IMG/VR virus record: IMGVR_UViG_3300010383_000013 | Location: 1 to 50,521 of that record | Length of the DNA stretch: 50,521 nt | Reading direction: 5' to 3' (one strand) | Origin: a virus | Shown: piece after piece, positions 50,467-50,521 of the stretch | How positions within the stretch are numbered: the first letter of the stretch is position 1 | Layout: each line of letters starts with the position of its first letter | Position numbers and translations under genes: made by a program | Notes under the pieces: model-generated | Database searches by the model: none | Seen by the model: the letters and a program-made list of their open reading frames with translations, nothing else | Told to the model about the DNA's origin: nothing

Positions 50467-50521
50467 CTAGTGCTCGTGCGGAAGCGGATCGCTGAACCAG
50501 CCAGGTACTACCACTCCCAGC
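50467..50521. repeat. Terminal direct repeat copy 2 (identical to 1..55)
   Basis: Exact 55/55 match to the window start. Confidence 0.95.

Overview
The window is a complete, circularly closed temperate siphovirus-type actinophage or excised prophage. It is about 70% GC, and its two ends share an identical 55-bp sequence, giving a unit length of 50,466 bp. A short plus-strand lysogeny operon crosses the junction: XRE-type repressor, ImmA/IrrE metalloprotease, DUF2510 membrane protein and a large serine integrase. Next comes a roughly 2.4-kb mixed-strand cargo island holding DUF3263, a YegP/DUF1508 protein, a small hypothetical, and a lower-GC membrane protein plus SAM-methyltransferase pair. 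Everything else (49784 down to 4713) is one minus-strand gene train, heavily translationally coupled by ATGA/GTGA overlaps. In order it holds:
- a leaderless Cro-like HTH gene and many small Cys-rich ORFs;
- YqaJ exonuclease, RecT, a HerA/FtsK-like ATPase and RusA;
- a multi-HTH protein with an Lsr2-like tail;
- a DnaB-N/RepA-like helicase followed by a 10-bp iteron array;
- an HNH endonuclease and more zinc-ribbon ORFs;
- a T5orf172 protein, TerL, an atypical tRNA-Trp-like element, portal and MuF;
- protease/scaffold, decoration protein, major capsid, connectors and major tail;
- the G/GT chaperones (CCCAAAA -1 slip), tape measure and minor tails;
- a membrane-protein-rich lysis cassette with an M15 endolysin and an embedded EEP-family enzyme;
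- a 1072-aa beta-helix, glycine-rich fibre encoded after the lysis genes.

The most interesting items are the EEP enzyme inside the lysis cassette, the iteron array, the cargo island next to a candidate attP palindrome, the odd tRNA-like element, and the large zinc-ribbon ORF complement. All family names come from motifs I recognise in the translations. No database search was run.
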